From: Sminthopsis crassicaudata
Lineage: Eukaryota
DNA length: 64,000 nt
Reading direction: 5' to 3'
NCBI RefSeq assembly: GCF_048593235.1
Contig: NC_133617.1
Span: forward strand, 726,248,958 to 726,312,957
Shown: in pieces, positions 1 through 12,899 of the stretch
Layout: each line of letters opens with the position of its first letter
Position numbering within the stretch: the stretch's first letter is position 1
Position numbers and translations under genes: made by a program
The notes under the pieces: generated by a model
Seen by the model: the letters and a program-made list of their open reading frames with translations, nothing else
Databases searched by the model: none
Told to the model about the DNA's origin: nothing

Positions 1-789
1 CTTCCCAGCAAATAATATTAAGGTTAATGGGATCAGTATGTGAATTGAGGCCACCAAGGAATGCTGGGTTTGTTCATGTGAAATTTCCACTGAGGTCAAT
101 AATGCATAGAGTCAATGAGTTGAAATGAGCCTTCAGATAGTATTTGTGAGAATATGAGGTCAATAGGGCCACAGAATCCGAAGGCAGTGCTATATCTTAC
201 ATAATTTACCCAGATCCCTTTTCTTGCCTTTGTAGAATGCTATTTTCACCCTTTAGAATGGAAAGGAATGAATTTTCCTTCTGTTGAGCTATTGGGAAGG
301 ACTAATGAATTCTTTATCGCTAAGTAGCTGACAACCCTTCTTTGGGTTTGCAATATTCTGATCTCTGATTTTCAAGTTGGAGAATAATTATCTTGAAACC
401 TGTCCAGAACTTTTCAAAGGCTGTCTGACCCTCAAGTCATGCTGTCAAATTCCAGTCCTTCCAGGTACTGGACATCTAGCCATTCTGGATTATCTGGGCA
501 GATAGATCATCATAATTTATGGTCATCTGAAGCATTTATACATAGGTTAAAAAAAAAAATCAGAGCTCTTATCTTTATTACAAAAAATCCCCCCACAAAA
601 AGTAAAAATACAATGATTCTATTTTAACAGTTACAGCAAAACACTCTTTTCCTGAAATTCAAGTGTAAGTAGCCCTATCACTGATTTCAACTTTTTTAAA
701 AAAAGTTAAAGACAATGATTTGGTTTTGAACAGGATGTACATTTTTACAGTGGAAAGAAAATTGACTCTAGAGGGAGACGATTGGGTTT

Positions 790-915
790 GGGTCTTGCTT
801 CTGGTGTCTGCTACCTCTGTGAACGCGGGCAAATGATTCACATTTTGAGCCTCAGTTCCTCAATCAAAACATGGGTATTGGAAACTCAGTGGCTTCTGAG
901 GTCTTTCTAATTTTT
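790..915 (+). mobile_element. MIR/CORE-SINE fragment
   Basis: Core motif gggcaaatgattcacattttgagcctcagttcctc. Confidence 0.6.
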
Positions 916-1094
916 GATCTTATAATATGCCTAAAAGCTAAGACTATGATGTCATCACATACACAGAGGATTGATGGGATTGATATCATTATCCTCTGCA
1001 GACCAACACTGCATAGGATTTTGAATAAGTATTGGATATGAGAAAAATAAGAATAATATGTTATTGTAGGATGTGGGAGGGATCTGGAAGACTG

Positions 1095-1235
1095 ACCTGG
1101 AAGGGACTTTAGAAATAATATTGGCCAAACACTTGATTTTATTGATTAAAAATTAATAGTCCAGGTAATTGAAAAGGCTAGTCCAAGGTTATACAGGAAG
1201 CAGATGGCAAAATTGGGATTAAAATGTATGTTTCA
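1095..1235 (-). mobile_element. MIR-type SINE fragment, old
   Basis: ggaagggactttagaaat...gtccaaggttatacag, a decayed reverse-complement CORE-SINE. Confidence 0.5.
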
Positions 1236-1479
1236 CTCATTCAAAAGTTATATTCATACCACCTCAAGTTTATATTAGTAAAGAATGAGAGATAAAAAAA
1301 TCTCAAAGAGAAAGAGAGGGCTGTTTAGCCAGTTAGTCAACTCATCATGTCTAGACAGAATCATGGAAATGTAGATGCAGCAAACAGCTAACCATCTAGG
1401 TGGAAATGGTTAGCTAAAAGATGAATTGCAAGGATGATAGATTTAAAGGAGGAAGGGACTTTAGTTCCCAATCTGCATT

Positions 1480-1712
1480 GAGGTAGCCAGGTGGCCACAA
1501 GACTGCCATTGGAGTCAGAAGGACAGTGTTTAAATCTCTCTTCAGTCACTTACTAGCTCTGTGACTATGGATGAGGCAATCTCTCTCTGGGTCTCAGTTT
1601 TCTCACTAGTAAAATGACTTTATTAACAACATCAATGTCACAAGATTATTATAAGGATCAAATCAAGTACTGTTATCTATACATATGCAAATATTAAAAG
1701 CACTTTGCAAGG
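1480..1712 (+). mobile_element. MIR-type CORE-SINE
   Basis: tRNA-like head (ggagtcagaaggac...aaatc), core (tctctgggtctcagttttctcactagtaaaatg), tail aagcactttgcaa. Confidence 0.75.
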
Positions 1713-3699
1713 TCTTATTGTCATGCTAATGATGAGATATCCAATCCTTTTATTTTACAGATAACCCAAGCTCACATGGCTGGCAGAGATGGAGTTTGTC
1801 CCCCTGATTTTGAAATCTGGGCTCTTTTAATGTTAGATATAAAGAAGATTGCAGTTGTAAAGGGACTGGGGGAGGGAGGCTATGAAGAACTGGGATAAAA
1901 GCAGGAGAGGAAACAGGCAAATGAACCAGCAGTCAGGTGTCAGAACTAGATTAATGCCCTGACCTCCTGAGTTAAAAACTGGTCCAACTCTACCGCTGAA
2001 AGCCTCACTTTGAAGATCTAATGCTATTTGTGACATTGTATCATGGATTCAGTAAAACTGGACTCTCTCCTATCCCTGATAAGGGCAAGCCCCTTCAATA
2101 GTCAGAAAAGTCTTTTATTTTAAGTTAAAAACCTGTCTTTTGTAGCTTAAGTGCTTGAGCTACTGGTCCTGCACTTATCTCTTAAAAACAAATGGCAGTG
2201 TTGGCACTTAACATATTCATCATTATTTCTGGAATGGCTCCCTTATTAATCATACATTCATCTGCTAAAGATTGAATGTGAACTTTCTCTGTCCATGCTA
2301 TGCTAAGAGCTGAAGCAGAAAGTGAAAATGGTGGGGTTTTTTTAACTGAATGTTATATTTAGATATAATAATTTGTAATAATAATAACATAATATATTAT
2401 TATTACAAATACAAGAATTAAAAACAAAACAAAACAAAACTCCTCCCCCAAACAACAACAAATGACCAGATATAAGGTTTTATTTAAAAACCAGCGTTGA
2501 AGGATCACATTTTATGATTCTGATCTATAACCTTGTCATTGTCAACACAACAAACAACAGAGAAGTTGATCTTAGGGAATGCAGATTTTTGATCAATGAA
2601 GCATATAGAAAAACTAGTAAAAACTGTATAATATTCTATCATTGTGAGCTCATCTAAAAGCATGTCCTAGATACCTGGAAAGATACATATCAGGTGGTTT
2701 GAATCATAACTCAAAAACCCAACATCCTTCATAAACTAACAAACAAACTCACAATACAAATATGGATGCCAAACTATTCTTGAGATTTCAATATTATATA
2801 TTAGGTGCTATGTAAATAGTAATTATTATTACCATTTACTATTATTAAACTGTATTGTATCACAGACAACAGCATTGTTCACAGTGGCCCAGATATAATG
2901 CTCTATAAAAATATAAGAACAATTTTTGTAGATATCTCCATATTGAATACTCCCTAAAATCCTCTCGTTTTTTTTTTTTTTTTTTTTAAATGAGAAAGTA
3001 GACTTTCCAATTAATGAGACCTAGCAAAAGAAATTAAATCTCTGTGGGAATGGGATGGAATACACATCACCTCTACCCTTCTGTTGGATATTGGGGTCAT
3101 TCCCAAAGATGTGTTCAGTAAGTCAATACCAAATGAGCTTATATAGTCAAAGAAAAAAAATAAATAAAACAACACAAAACAACATTTACCAAGGCTCTGA
3201 GGGAGAAGAGTGGATGTAAAGTGCAGGATTTTGAGTCAGGAAGACTTGTATTTGAATCCTGTCTTAGACATTGAACGCCTGAAACGCATGCTCTTGCAAT
3301 CCAATTCTTTCAGTCTCATCTTTCTCTTTGTGACACTGGAGTGAATTGTCTCTCACATTTCCTTCTCTAACACATTTTATAAATGAGGAAACTAAGGCAG
3401 AGTTACATGAATTGCTCACTCCCACAGCTGGTAAATATGAGACAATTTGAACTTAGGTTTGTTTTTTTTTTTTTGATTCCACATCTGGTATTCCATCTTA
3501 AAAAGGAGATATTAATAACAGCTATCTTGCAGTGTTCTTTCAAGGATCAAATATATTAACATAAGTAAAGCACTATATATCTGATAGTAGTTATTATTGT
3601 TTTATTTTTATTTTATTTTAAGGCAAAACATTAAATATGAAAGAATAATAGAAATTTAGGGACTTGTTAACAGGACCATTTCTATTTGAACTCCTTAGA

Positions 3700-4265
3700 A
3701 ACAGATGGGTATAATTGGGAAATGGATGAATAAATTTGATATATGATTATGATGGAATACTATTGTGTTATATAAGAAATAATGAGCAGGATGCTCTCAG
3801 AAAAATCTGGAGAGATTTCCAAGAACTGATGCAAAGTGAAATGTAGTATGCACAAAGTAACAGCAATATTGTAAGATATTTAACTGTGAATGATTTAGCT
3901 AATCCCAATAGTTCAGTGATTGAGAACTATTTTGAAGGACTGCTATCTATCCCAGAGAAAGAACGGATGGTATCTGAATACAGATTGAAGCATACTTTTA
4001 AAATTTTAACTGTATTTTAATTGGGTTTTTCTTTTTTTCTTTTTTTTTCTTTTAAAACAGAACATAACTACACATGTATATTTTTCCATGACTACACATG
4101 TATATTGAATTGCTTACCATCTCAATGAGGGGTAGGGAAAAGGAGAAGGAAGGGAGATAATTTGGAACTCAAAGTTTTAAAGAAGTATGTCAAAAATTGT
4201 TTTTCCATGTAACTGTCAGAAAATAAAATACTTAAATACCACAAAATAAATAAACAGAATTAAGA
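3700..4265 (+). mobile_element. L1 3' end (ORF2 tail plus 3'UTR), marsupial type
   Basis: tgggaaatggatgaataaatttgatatatgattatgatggaatactattgtg, then the typical 3'UTR (gaactgatgcaaagtgaa, ggaactcaaagtttt) and an A-rich end. Confidence 0.85.
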
Positions 4266-4364
4266 AAGTCAGGGTATAGGTTCTAAAAACAAATAAACAA
4301 AATACAAACAAATGGGAAAATTAAAATGAGTAACAAAATGAATAATACTAAATTATAATAGCTT

Positions 4365-4500
4365 ATATATATAAAGTTTGTAAAGCACTTTATATTGATT
4401 TTCTCATTTGGTCTTTACAACTCTTTGAGGTAGATGCTATTATTATTCCAATTTCACAGATGAGAAAACTGAGTTTCAGAGAGGTTAAGTAGTAACATAT
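4365..4500 (-). mobile_element. MIR-type SINE
   Basis: tttcacagatgagaaaactgagtttcagagaggttaagt. Confidence 0.75.
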
Positions 4501-5234
4501 GCTCTCAGTCCATGAAAGAGGTCCCTTGTAGTTATAGAGAACAAGATACCTTCATTAAATAGGAAGGAACAATACAGAATAGCGTGAAAGAAAGTAATTA
4601 GGGATAATAAAAAGGAAATGAAACTTTGACCATTACGGGAGTGAATATTTATAGAAATCATGACACTATCAAAATATACAAGTGATGCAAATTGAAAATG
4701 TAGATTCAGGTTTAGAGAAATGCATGGATGATAAATAAACATTTATTTTTTTCTTACAGAAATCTATGCCTATTTGGAGAATATCATTAGCCTCTCATCA
4801 AAACTGTCAGAAATATTTTGACCCAGAGCAATAATTCTTATTTTGAGAAAAGAGCAGAAGACTGAGACTTGAAAGGGTTCTATAAGAAGGAGAAAGAAAT
4901 AAAAGGACTCTAGAAGGTGATAAAGGAGTCTGTCTCTGATATTATAGGTACTTCAAGTTCTAGGATTTATAATGCTAATGAAATCTTGCCAGGAAATTCC
5001 AAACCATTACAATATATTCTTCAGAGTACACTAGCATGAACGATCATTAATTAGGTAATGACAATTAATTATCATAATTAATAATTAACCAAATTAATTA
5101 ATTAAAATAATTAGGGAATAATAATTAACAAATTAATAGAATTTCCTAGAGAAACCACTGTTAACTGCAACTTAAAGAACACGAATAAATCAAATTGCTC
5201 AACGTAAACATGACTTCCTTTAAATTCAGAAGAC

Positions 5235-5580
5235 ATTACACCTCCAGACTCTGACAATTTTTGCTTGCCATGCATGGAATGCTCTCCTCCCTAGCTTCAC
5301 CTCTTGGCTTCTCTGGTCTTTCTCTAAGTCCCAGCTAAAATTGCATCTAATAGAAGCCTTTCCTGATCCCTTTTTAATGTTAGTGTCTGTCCTCTGTTGT
5401 TTTCTCCAATTTACTTGGTACATAGTTTGTTCAAACATAGTAGTTTGCATGTCTTCTCTCCACTAGAGTGTGAGTTTCTAGAGAACCAGAACTGTTTTCT
5501 GACTTTCTTTTTATCTCTAGCACTTAATATGGTGTCTAGGACATAGGAGATACTTCATAAATACTTATTGACTGTCTGAA
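5235..5580 (+). mobile_element. L2 LINE 3' end
   Basis: ccatgcatggaatgctctcc...tctctagcacttaatatggtgtctaggacatagg...ataaatacttattgactg. Confidence 0.8.
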
Positions 5581-5887
5581 GTCATTTATATAATGAGAAG
5601 ACTCCAAAAATCATCACTGAGATAAGGAAAGTATTTTTGGATAGTTTTGGAAATGCTCTGATTTTTGAAACTTTCTCACACTGCCATTTTGAGTACAACA
5701 TAGAGAATGCCAGAACCATGAAGAATCTAATTAGCAATGGGAGCTTAACATTTGTATTTCTGGCTGCAAGAATTTTTGGTAATGATCTAAACCATGAACA
5801 AAGGCAGCTTTTGGAAGCAGAAGATTTTGAGATTCATCTAATCACACTTTGCTTAAGGCTTTCATCCAAAAAAAATGTTTTTAAATA

Positions 5888-5890
<3 letters not shown>

Positions 5891-5937
<47 letters not shown>

Positions 5938-6148
5938 CTCTCTCATCATCTCTCTTTCTATCTCTCTCTGTGTCTCTGTCTGTTAGTTTGTCTTTCTGAC
6001 TCTGTGTGTGTATGTGTCTTTCTGTCTGTCTCTGTGCCTATCTGCTCTCTGGATGTGTCTGTGTGTCTGTATCTTTGTTCTCTCATCCCTTTCTCTCTCT
6101 CTGAGTCTGTGTGTCTATCTTCTTGTCTCTCTCTTTGTCTCTCTCTCT
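5891..6148. repeat. (TC)n microsatellite grading into a degenerate TC/TG array
   Basis: Pure (TC)21 at 5891-5932, then compound TC/TG repeats. Confidence 0.95.
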
Positions 6149-6545
6149 TTTAATGTCTCTGATAGCTCTGTTGATGGCCTCAGGATCAGCCCTAGTCTTT
6201 GATCTTTAGGTGAAGTGAGGGAGGCAGGAGAGCCAACATGTGGCTGGTCTAAGATGGAGTCTGGAACCTGATGTCTTCTCTGTGCCTTAGAGCTGCTCCT
6301 GAGATAGCCTAACTGAGAGAAAGTGAGTCTTATGTCTGTGACTCCTTTAAATATTCCAGTACAATCATGTCACTACCTCACACAGAGAATGCCCGACCAC
6401 ACTTGAACATGTGCCAACTTGCCATTATATCACCATATTACCTTAAGTATATGTGCTTGACTAGAGTAAATACATCAATAGGTAGAGAATTATTTTCTCA
6501 TCAACTATACTGTCTTAAGTATACTTTTTCAGAGTTGCAACCCTT
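6149..6545 (-). mobile_element. ERV solo-LTR-like element, eroded ends
   Basis: Minus strand reads cctattgatg...gtcaagcacatatacttaag...gttggcacatg...atatttaaagg (TATA-like)...gttggctctcctgcc...gacatta. Resembles marsupial LTRs as I recall them; no clean TG..CA or TSD. Confidence 0.5.
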
Positions 6546-6559
6546 TATGCTCTCTCATT

Positions 6560-6734
6560 TCTTTCTCCCCTTTTTCGGTCTTTCTGTCTATCTCTCTGTG
6601 TCTCTCTTATCTCTCGCTCAACTCTGTCTCTCTCTGTGTTGGCCTGTGTGTCCCTCTATCTCATTCTCTTTCTCTCTCTCTCCTCCTCCTTCTTCCTCCT
6701 TTCTTACTCCATCTCTTTTCCCCCTCTCCCTTAG

Positions 6735-6787
<53 letters not shown>
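6560..6787. repeat. CT-rich tract plus (AC)25 microsatellite
   Basis: Pure AC run at 6737-6787. Confidence 0.95.
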
Positions 6788-6788
<1 letters not shown>

Positions 6789-7357
6789 TATGGTAAAGAT
6801 TCTATGGATTTAATTCCCAAATGTACAAAGAGTTTCTTGAGCACACAAGTCAGCCAGATGTAGTGCAAGTGTAGATATTTCCATATCAAACTGCATATAC
6901 ACTGGAGATTAGGTTAAAAAAATACCCCACAAAAACACAAAAAGAATCTTTCAAATTGATCTCATGAGAAATTTATGTAGGATCTAATTCTTATGCAGAG
7001 ACAAATATTCATCAATGATGAATCAAAAGAAAATGGTACCTCCTCAAACAAAGTAAGCTTCTGGCAGCCAGAGCTTCAGCTATGACCCAGGGCAATGGGC
7101 TCTGCAGTTGATTTTATTACCTACAGTTGCAGAAAAAGCTTTCCAAAGGTCAATAGAAGAATAAGAACAAACCCCAAAACAAGAACTCTTCTTACCACAT
7201 TAATTCATCATCTACAACTCTAATTCACACCAACTATAGCTGAAGTATTGGAGGAAACATTCACTCATAATGAGATTGGACTTCTTTGAGGGAACAACTG
7301 CAATTTCCCATGATGCCATTAGTTCTAAGGATGGGCAAGAAGGAGAATAGAAAGGAA

Positions 7358-7600
7358 TATGCATTTATATAAAATTTAATAAGTACCAGGCACTGTATTA
7401 ACATTTCCAAATAATATCTTAATTCTTGAAACAGGTAGGTTCCTATTTTTATCCATATTTTACCTTTTAAGGAAAAATGAGGCGAAACTTAAGTGAATTG
7501 CTCATGGCCATACAGCTAGCAAGTGTCTGAGGTTTCATTTGAACACAAATCTCATTGACGCCACTATCTGATTTAATTTCCTGGGAGACTGTGATATGCC
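7358..7600 (-). mobile_element. MIR/Mar-type CORE-SINE
   Basis: taccaggcactgt...aaaatgaggcgaaacttaagtgaattgctcatggccatacagctagcaagtgtctgagg. Confidence 0.7.
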
Positions 7601-8304
7601 TATGGTTCAGGGTAATTGCATTAGAAGAGGAACCAAGAGAATCATGTGATGAAACAGTCATGGTGGTATATAGCTTAAGAAAAGTGACAATGAGAGTAAT
7701 ATTTCAGCCCTGTCAACTACCAAGGAAAAGCTGATAAATGCTGAAACAGAAAAAGAGAGTTACTATGGTGGTCACAAATGGGAGTGGAGCAAGAAGAAAT
7801 ATCTAAGCTTCAGGAAATAATCTTCTAAATCTTCAGTCTGATTGGGCAAGGAATCTTTGGACCTTCCACAGACTGGAATAAGTTTCAGATGCAAATGTTT
7901 TCCTTGTTATTTTCTTAGAGATGCTATATTAATCCCTTCAATGTGTGTGAGAAACATGTTTTCCCAATTTCTTTGCAATTAAAAAATTATTAAATACTTT
8001 GTTTTTAATATACATCTTCCTTACCTAAGCTGCTAGTATAATGAAAATAACTCAGATCAAAGGATCTAAGTCATGACTAAAGAAGCTGAGATGGAAGTCT
8101 GAGCCAAATTAGAAATAATTATCATCAAATATACCCCATATAGAACAGAACAATTTGTGGAAATCCAGAGTTGAATGATATATGAGTTACATATTTGGAA
8201 CTATTTCCCAAAATTAATTCAGCTGTGTATAATTTTCAGCTGGCCACGTTCTCCAAAGAGTTCAAAGATTGAGGGAAAAGACTCATTCATACAAACTTTT
8301 ACAC

Positions 8305-8790
8305 CATCTCTTTCTGTGGTGGCAAAGAACAGGAAAGTGAGATGGCTGAATGTCTACACATATGAAGATATATGAATAGAATAGAATACTATTTAGTCTG
8401 GGATGAAAAGGGATGGTTTCAGAAAAATCTGGGAAAACTTTTATGAACTGATTCAGAGTAAAATGAGCAGCAGAAAAATAATCTATCTATACAATAATGA
8501 CAAAATTGTTAAGTCAAATTTGAAAGACTTGAATCTCTGATAAATTCCATGAACAACCATAATGCCAGAAGATTGGTGAGAAAGTTCTGTGCTACTCACA
8601 TTCTGACAAGGAGATGATGGACTCAAGATGCAGAATGAAACATTCATTTTGGAGGATGGACCATGTGGGGATTTATTTTGTTTGAATAGGAAATTTTTTT
8701 AGGAAGGATTGATTTTACTTTTTTATATTGAAAGATGGGAGAGATAGAAAACAAATGTTTATTAATTGAAAAAGAAAAGAAAAAAAATGT
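8305..8790 (+). mobile_element. L1 3' end, degraded
   Basis: ttctgtggtggcaaagaac (the VVAKNW-type motif), ttcagaaaaatctgggaaaacttttatgaactg, gatggactcaagatgcagaatgaaac, A-rich end. Confidence 0.8.
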
Positions 8791-8799
8791 TCATCAGTT

Positions 8800-10130
8800 A
8801 GGTAAATATACACATGAGGGTTTGCTGGTTAAGCGATAAAATATGTCATCATAGATAATGGTAGAACTAAGAACGTGGAGGAAAAACAGAATTGGAACGA
8901 TGACAATCCATTCATGATCCTTCTGAATATATTTGAGCTCAAACCTCTTCTCAGAAACCCATGGTGATCCTTTGACTGAAGTAGACTGATTAAGGATTAG
9001 GGTGTCATCCCTGAGCAAACAGTGGGGGAAATACTATGATAAAGACTTAGACTTTAGTGTGTATAGGGACTTAGAGAGGATGTCTTGCTCAAACTGATGA
9101 TTGAGAGGAAGAACTAGTTCTTCAATTCTGTAGTGTTTAATTTGGTAGGGTTTGGAATCTGCCATTTGATACTCACACAACTCTTTGTACCATGTCTTTA
9201 TATCATGAGAATCAAAGTGAAAGAAAACTAGCAATGAAAATCAAGTGAAGAACTAAAGAGAAACAGACTCTATTGCCTTTCTTTGTATCTCTAAGTGCTT
9301 AGCATAGTCCCTGGCACATAGTAGGTGTTTTGTATATTTCTGTTGACTGACTGACTCTATCTTGCAATTCATGCCCACCTTGAATCTCCAAATCCAGTGT
9401 ATAAAGATGAAGTGGTTGATATGAATTCTGGGAATATACAATAGTAACTTTCAATAATAATGGAGCTTTATGGCAAATTGTTGTGAACTCTGGGTAGGCT
9501 TGTCCTATTGAACTGTGCATGTGCCGTGTAATTTGACATGTTGTCCCTTAATATCCTCTCCGATGATTCTCTTGCCATGGTGATTCAATGCACTGTGAAT
9601 GTTCATTTTTTTTCTCTTTTGTTTTCGATGATACCATAGTTTGGTTATCTGGGATGCCAAAATAATTATCCTTATTTCTTTGAAGCACTGATGTTTGTGT
9701 TTGGTCTTTGGATTTACAGATTACATACTTACTCTGCTAATTTTTGCAAAGGATATTGGTCCATTGGAATAGTGTTATCCTGACTGGGTTTTACAGAGGA
9801 ACAACCCTGTGCTTATGAAGCAGAAAACATGGCTCTTAATTGAGTAAGAGAATGCCAAGTTTGGGATTTACACAAGACATAATTCTTACATCAGAAACAA
9901 ATGACAAAAGTTAGACTTCCTGAACAGCATTCAAAAATAAAGATCTTTTGAATTTTGGACTGAAGTCCATCAAATGCAGATGTATCTGGGGACCAGTCTC
10001 ATCTTTTTCTTGACTTCCAGGACTTTTAAATTTTGAGCCTGCTGAGGGCAAAACTTCCTTGGATGTGATGGTTCTCGCTCTCCAAGTTTGAGCTAAGATG
10101 ATTCACTTCCAGCTGAAGACTTCATTTACT
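8800..10130 (-). mobile_element. Ancient L1-ORF1 / HAL1-like coding relic with stops and frameshifts
   Basis: Minus-strand frames give QKLAE*VCNL*, then KEIRIII / FGIPD (like RRNNIRIIGIPE), then RIIGEDIKGQHVKL and QFAIKLHYY*K, in the order of the ORF1p coiled coil and RRM. Confidence 0.4.
9262..9358 (+). mobile_element. L2-type 3' tail fragment interrupting the ORF1-like relic
   Basis: ttgcctttctttgtatctctaagtgcttagcatagtccctggcacatagtagg...gttgactgactgac. Confidence 0.8.
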
Positions 10131-10204
10131 CATGCTTGTTTTCTAGTATATTCTAATCTAAAAAAACCCTCTGATTTCCGTTTGGATAAATGCATTTAAC
10201 ATTA

Positions 10205-10450
10205 ATTGCTAAGCAGGTGCACAGTGGTTAGAATACTGGTCCTTCAGTAGCATGATCCGAGTTCAAATTCAGTTTTATTAACTGTGTAGCTTGGGAAAGT
10301 CATTTAATCTGTTTGCTTCAGTTTCCTCAACTGTAGAATTGGGATAACCACAGCATCTGCCTTGTACGGTTGTTGTGAGTCTCAAATGAAATAATGCTTG
10401 TAAAGCAATCAGCACAGTGCCTGGTAAACCATATGTAAATGCTTATTCCT
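10205..10450 (+). mobile_element. MIR/Mar-type CORE-SINE, near full length
   Basis: B-box gagttcaaattc, core ttcagtttcctcaactgtagaattggg, tail gcacagtgcctgg. Confidence 0.85.
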
Positions 10451-10859
10451 TTCCCCATCCTATTCCTAAGTGTGATAGCCTTCTGTGGAAAGTGGCAATA
10501 GGCTAAGCTAGTCATTATTAACTAAGGACTAACCTTCCCCTCAAATATAATCAGGGAAGTGGCTTTCTTTCTGAACCCAGAGTCATATCTCCAGAACAGA
10601 GAGATATCTGAAAGGTGGAAGATACATATCACTTTAGCTCAATATCATTCTTGTATTCTTAAAAGAGATTCCCTTACCATTGGACTTTTCCTGTTTCTCT
10701 GTCTAACATGCTGGTAGTATAAGTCTCATCCTTCTTCAACCCTTTGCAAAAATCAGATCATATCTACCCAGGCTACTTCTATCTATCTAAAGAGGCCACA
10801 TTTACATATCTTACAATTCTGCTCATAAATGCAGTTTCCAGAACAAATTGGCTACATAA

Positions 10860-11340
10860 ATAAGACACTTCTGAATTACTTAGGTATATATTAAGAGAAG
10901 AATATCCAAGGTAAAGAAAGGAGGAGTCTGACTGTGTTCTGGCCCTCATCAGACCATCTCTTGAGTACAGTATGAAATCTTGGCAGCTGGTGGAAGAGAA
11001 TAGTCTGGAATCCATCCAAAGAAAGATAACATTTTGGGGAGAAGACATAAGATTTTGCATGTGAGAATTGGTCGAAGGAAATGGGTTTATTTAACCCAAA
11101 GAAGGAAGCTTGATTTGGGATGGGAGGATTTAATTATTTGAAGTATAGTTATATGGAAAAAGGATTACACCTTTTCTTTGCTTCCAGAGTAAAAAGGTAG
11201 AAGCTGTGGGTAGGAGTCACAGAATTGTAAATTTTGATATGACATTAAGAAATCAATTTCTTGGGGAAACAGTGGGTGCTCTCCCACTCCCACCCACTTG
11301 AGATCTTTAAACAAAGGTTAGATGACCCCTGTAATTTATT
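10860..11340 (+). mobile_element. CR1/L3 LINE ORF2 3' region
   Basis: ctggccctcatcagaccatctcttgagtacagt = LALIRPSLEYS (CR1 ALVRPHLEYC motif); later tttaaacaaaggttagatgac. Confidence 0.8.
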
Positions 11341-11344
11341 GAGT

Positions 11345-11452
11345 CAGTATGGTATAGTGGAAAGCATTGTCTTTTCTTGGAGGATTTGGGTTCAAATACT
11401 ACTTCTTAAGCTTTCTATGTGAGTGATAATCTCTTTGGCCTCCAGTTTTTTG

Positions 11453-11483
<31 letters not shown>

Positions 11484-11530
11484 TGTAACAAGGGATTTAA
11501 AAACTTTCTGAGGTCCTTTCCAGCCCTAGA
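11345..11530 (+). mobile_element. MIR3-like SINE fragment containing a (TTTTG)n tract
   Basis: tatggtatagtggaaag...gggttcaaat; TTTTG repeats at 11446-11487. Confidence 0.6.
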
Positions 11531-12899
11531 AATAGGATGATATTCTGCAGGAGTGGGGTAGGATTGGATTCATCTCCAGATATAGCATCCCAAGGTCCTT
11601 TCTGATTCTATGATTTTGTGATTGATTTTTATAAGCTCCCCAGTTCTGGGCATAGTGCCTTCCATAGTGAAAATACTTAATAAATATTTGTTGAATGAAT
11701 AAATGGATAATGAATGAAGCACTAAATTAATGAATATAAAAGTAAAGTTTCAGCAGAAGCAAATGGAATTTCTATATAGATAATTGGTCCTTTTTGGATT
11801 TAAGACCTGACTTTATACACACACACACCCTCCTCCCCCCACACCCACAGTCATATAGTCTGTGGGTATATTTGCATACACTTATAAAACTTATATTCTT
11901 TAGAGACTTGTATGGGGGCAATGAGAGGTTGTGACTTGCCCAGGGTGATATAGTCTCTGTCAGTAGTGGGACTCTTTGATACATAACATATACATTAAAA
12001 AGATCAAGCAGTTCTATGGACATGAATGGGAAGGCAAGATAAGCAATGTTTCACAACAATAGCACTGTGCAGAGTTTTTCATCTGACAATAAAATCAGTA
12101 CAAAAAATACGTTGCTTTAAAGACAAATGGCTCAATTTGATTGAACGTAATGGGCTTAGGAGACTATTAATTTATGATCAGAAAGATTCAAATCAGCCAG
12201 GAACATTGATAAAACCTGGAAGAACCATACCTTATATAGAAGGGGGTCTTCTATGATGATTCTGTTTTGATAAGATTACCACCTGATAAATTCCTCCAGA
12301 GACTCCATTATTCTATAACTTGATTAGCCCAGGGAGAGTCAATGATGGCATCACCAGAGGGAGGAAAATAGTTTGAGATAATGCTTTCCTTTTACCTTTT
12401 TACTGGAGGGATGATTTTAGAAATGGTGAGATAAGAGGTGATGAAAAGTAATGTGACCCATAAAGAATGGAGAGAGGCAGAGCGCCAATGATGACAGAGG
12501 TGCTGTGGGCAAGCTGAGAGACAGAGTTACTACCCATGGAGAAGGGGCATTTACCTCTTAAGAAAGCATAATAGGTCACATAACAACCAGGAGACATGGA
12601 ACTAAGTGACTTTGATCAATACAAAATTGAAAAGTCAGTGCTCAATGGGGCGCTGGGATATTTTGAAGGTTATAGGATGCTTGGAGCTGTTCACAAATGT
12701 CAGTAGGAATTTTTAATAGTCTTCTTATAGGCAAAGAATATTTTATCTGAAAGTGATCAGAATACCATTTTATTATAATAAATAGTACATTTGCATCCAT
12801 ATAGTCTGTCCTACTATTTTTTTCTTTTAAATTTAATAACATGCAGAGATGCCTTGTGGAAAGAGGAAGTGGCTTGGAATCTTTTAGTGAATATACCTT

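Noticed and set aside
5040-5140. Dense TAATTA homeodomain-like palindromes
   Set aside because: Most simply a decayed (TAAT)n low-complexity tract
5637-6813. Overlapping 64-148 aa ORFs
   Set aside because: Open only because TC and AC microsatellites lack stop codons
8794-9780. Endogenous viral element: LPLNHQFE...LKSKSLS resembles the Mononegavirales L DK(S/A) motif, and YSNGPISFAKI (~9740-9772) resembles parvovirus capsid GPIWAKIP
   Set aside because: The expected follow-on motifs (KE.ELK..GRFF at the right spacing, GDNQ, PPPQILIK) are absent, and L1 ORF1 motifs in correct order explain the region better. A tBLASTx against viral RefSeq would settle it.
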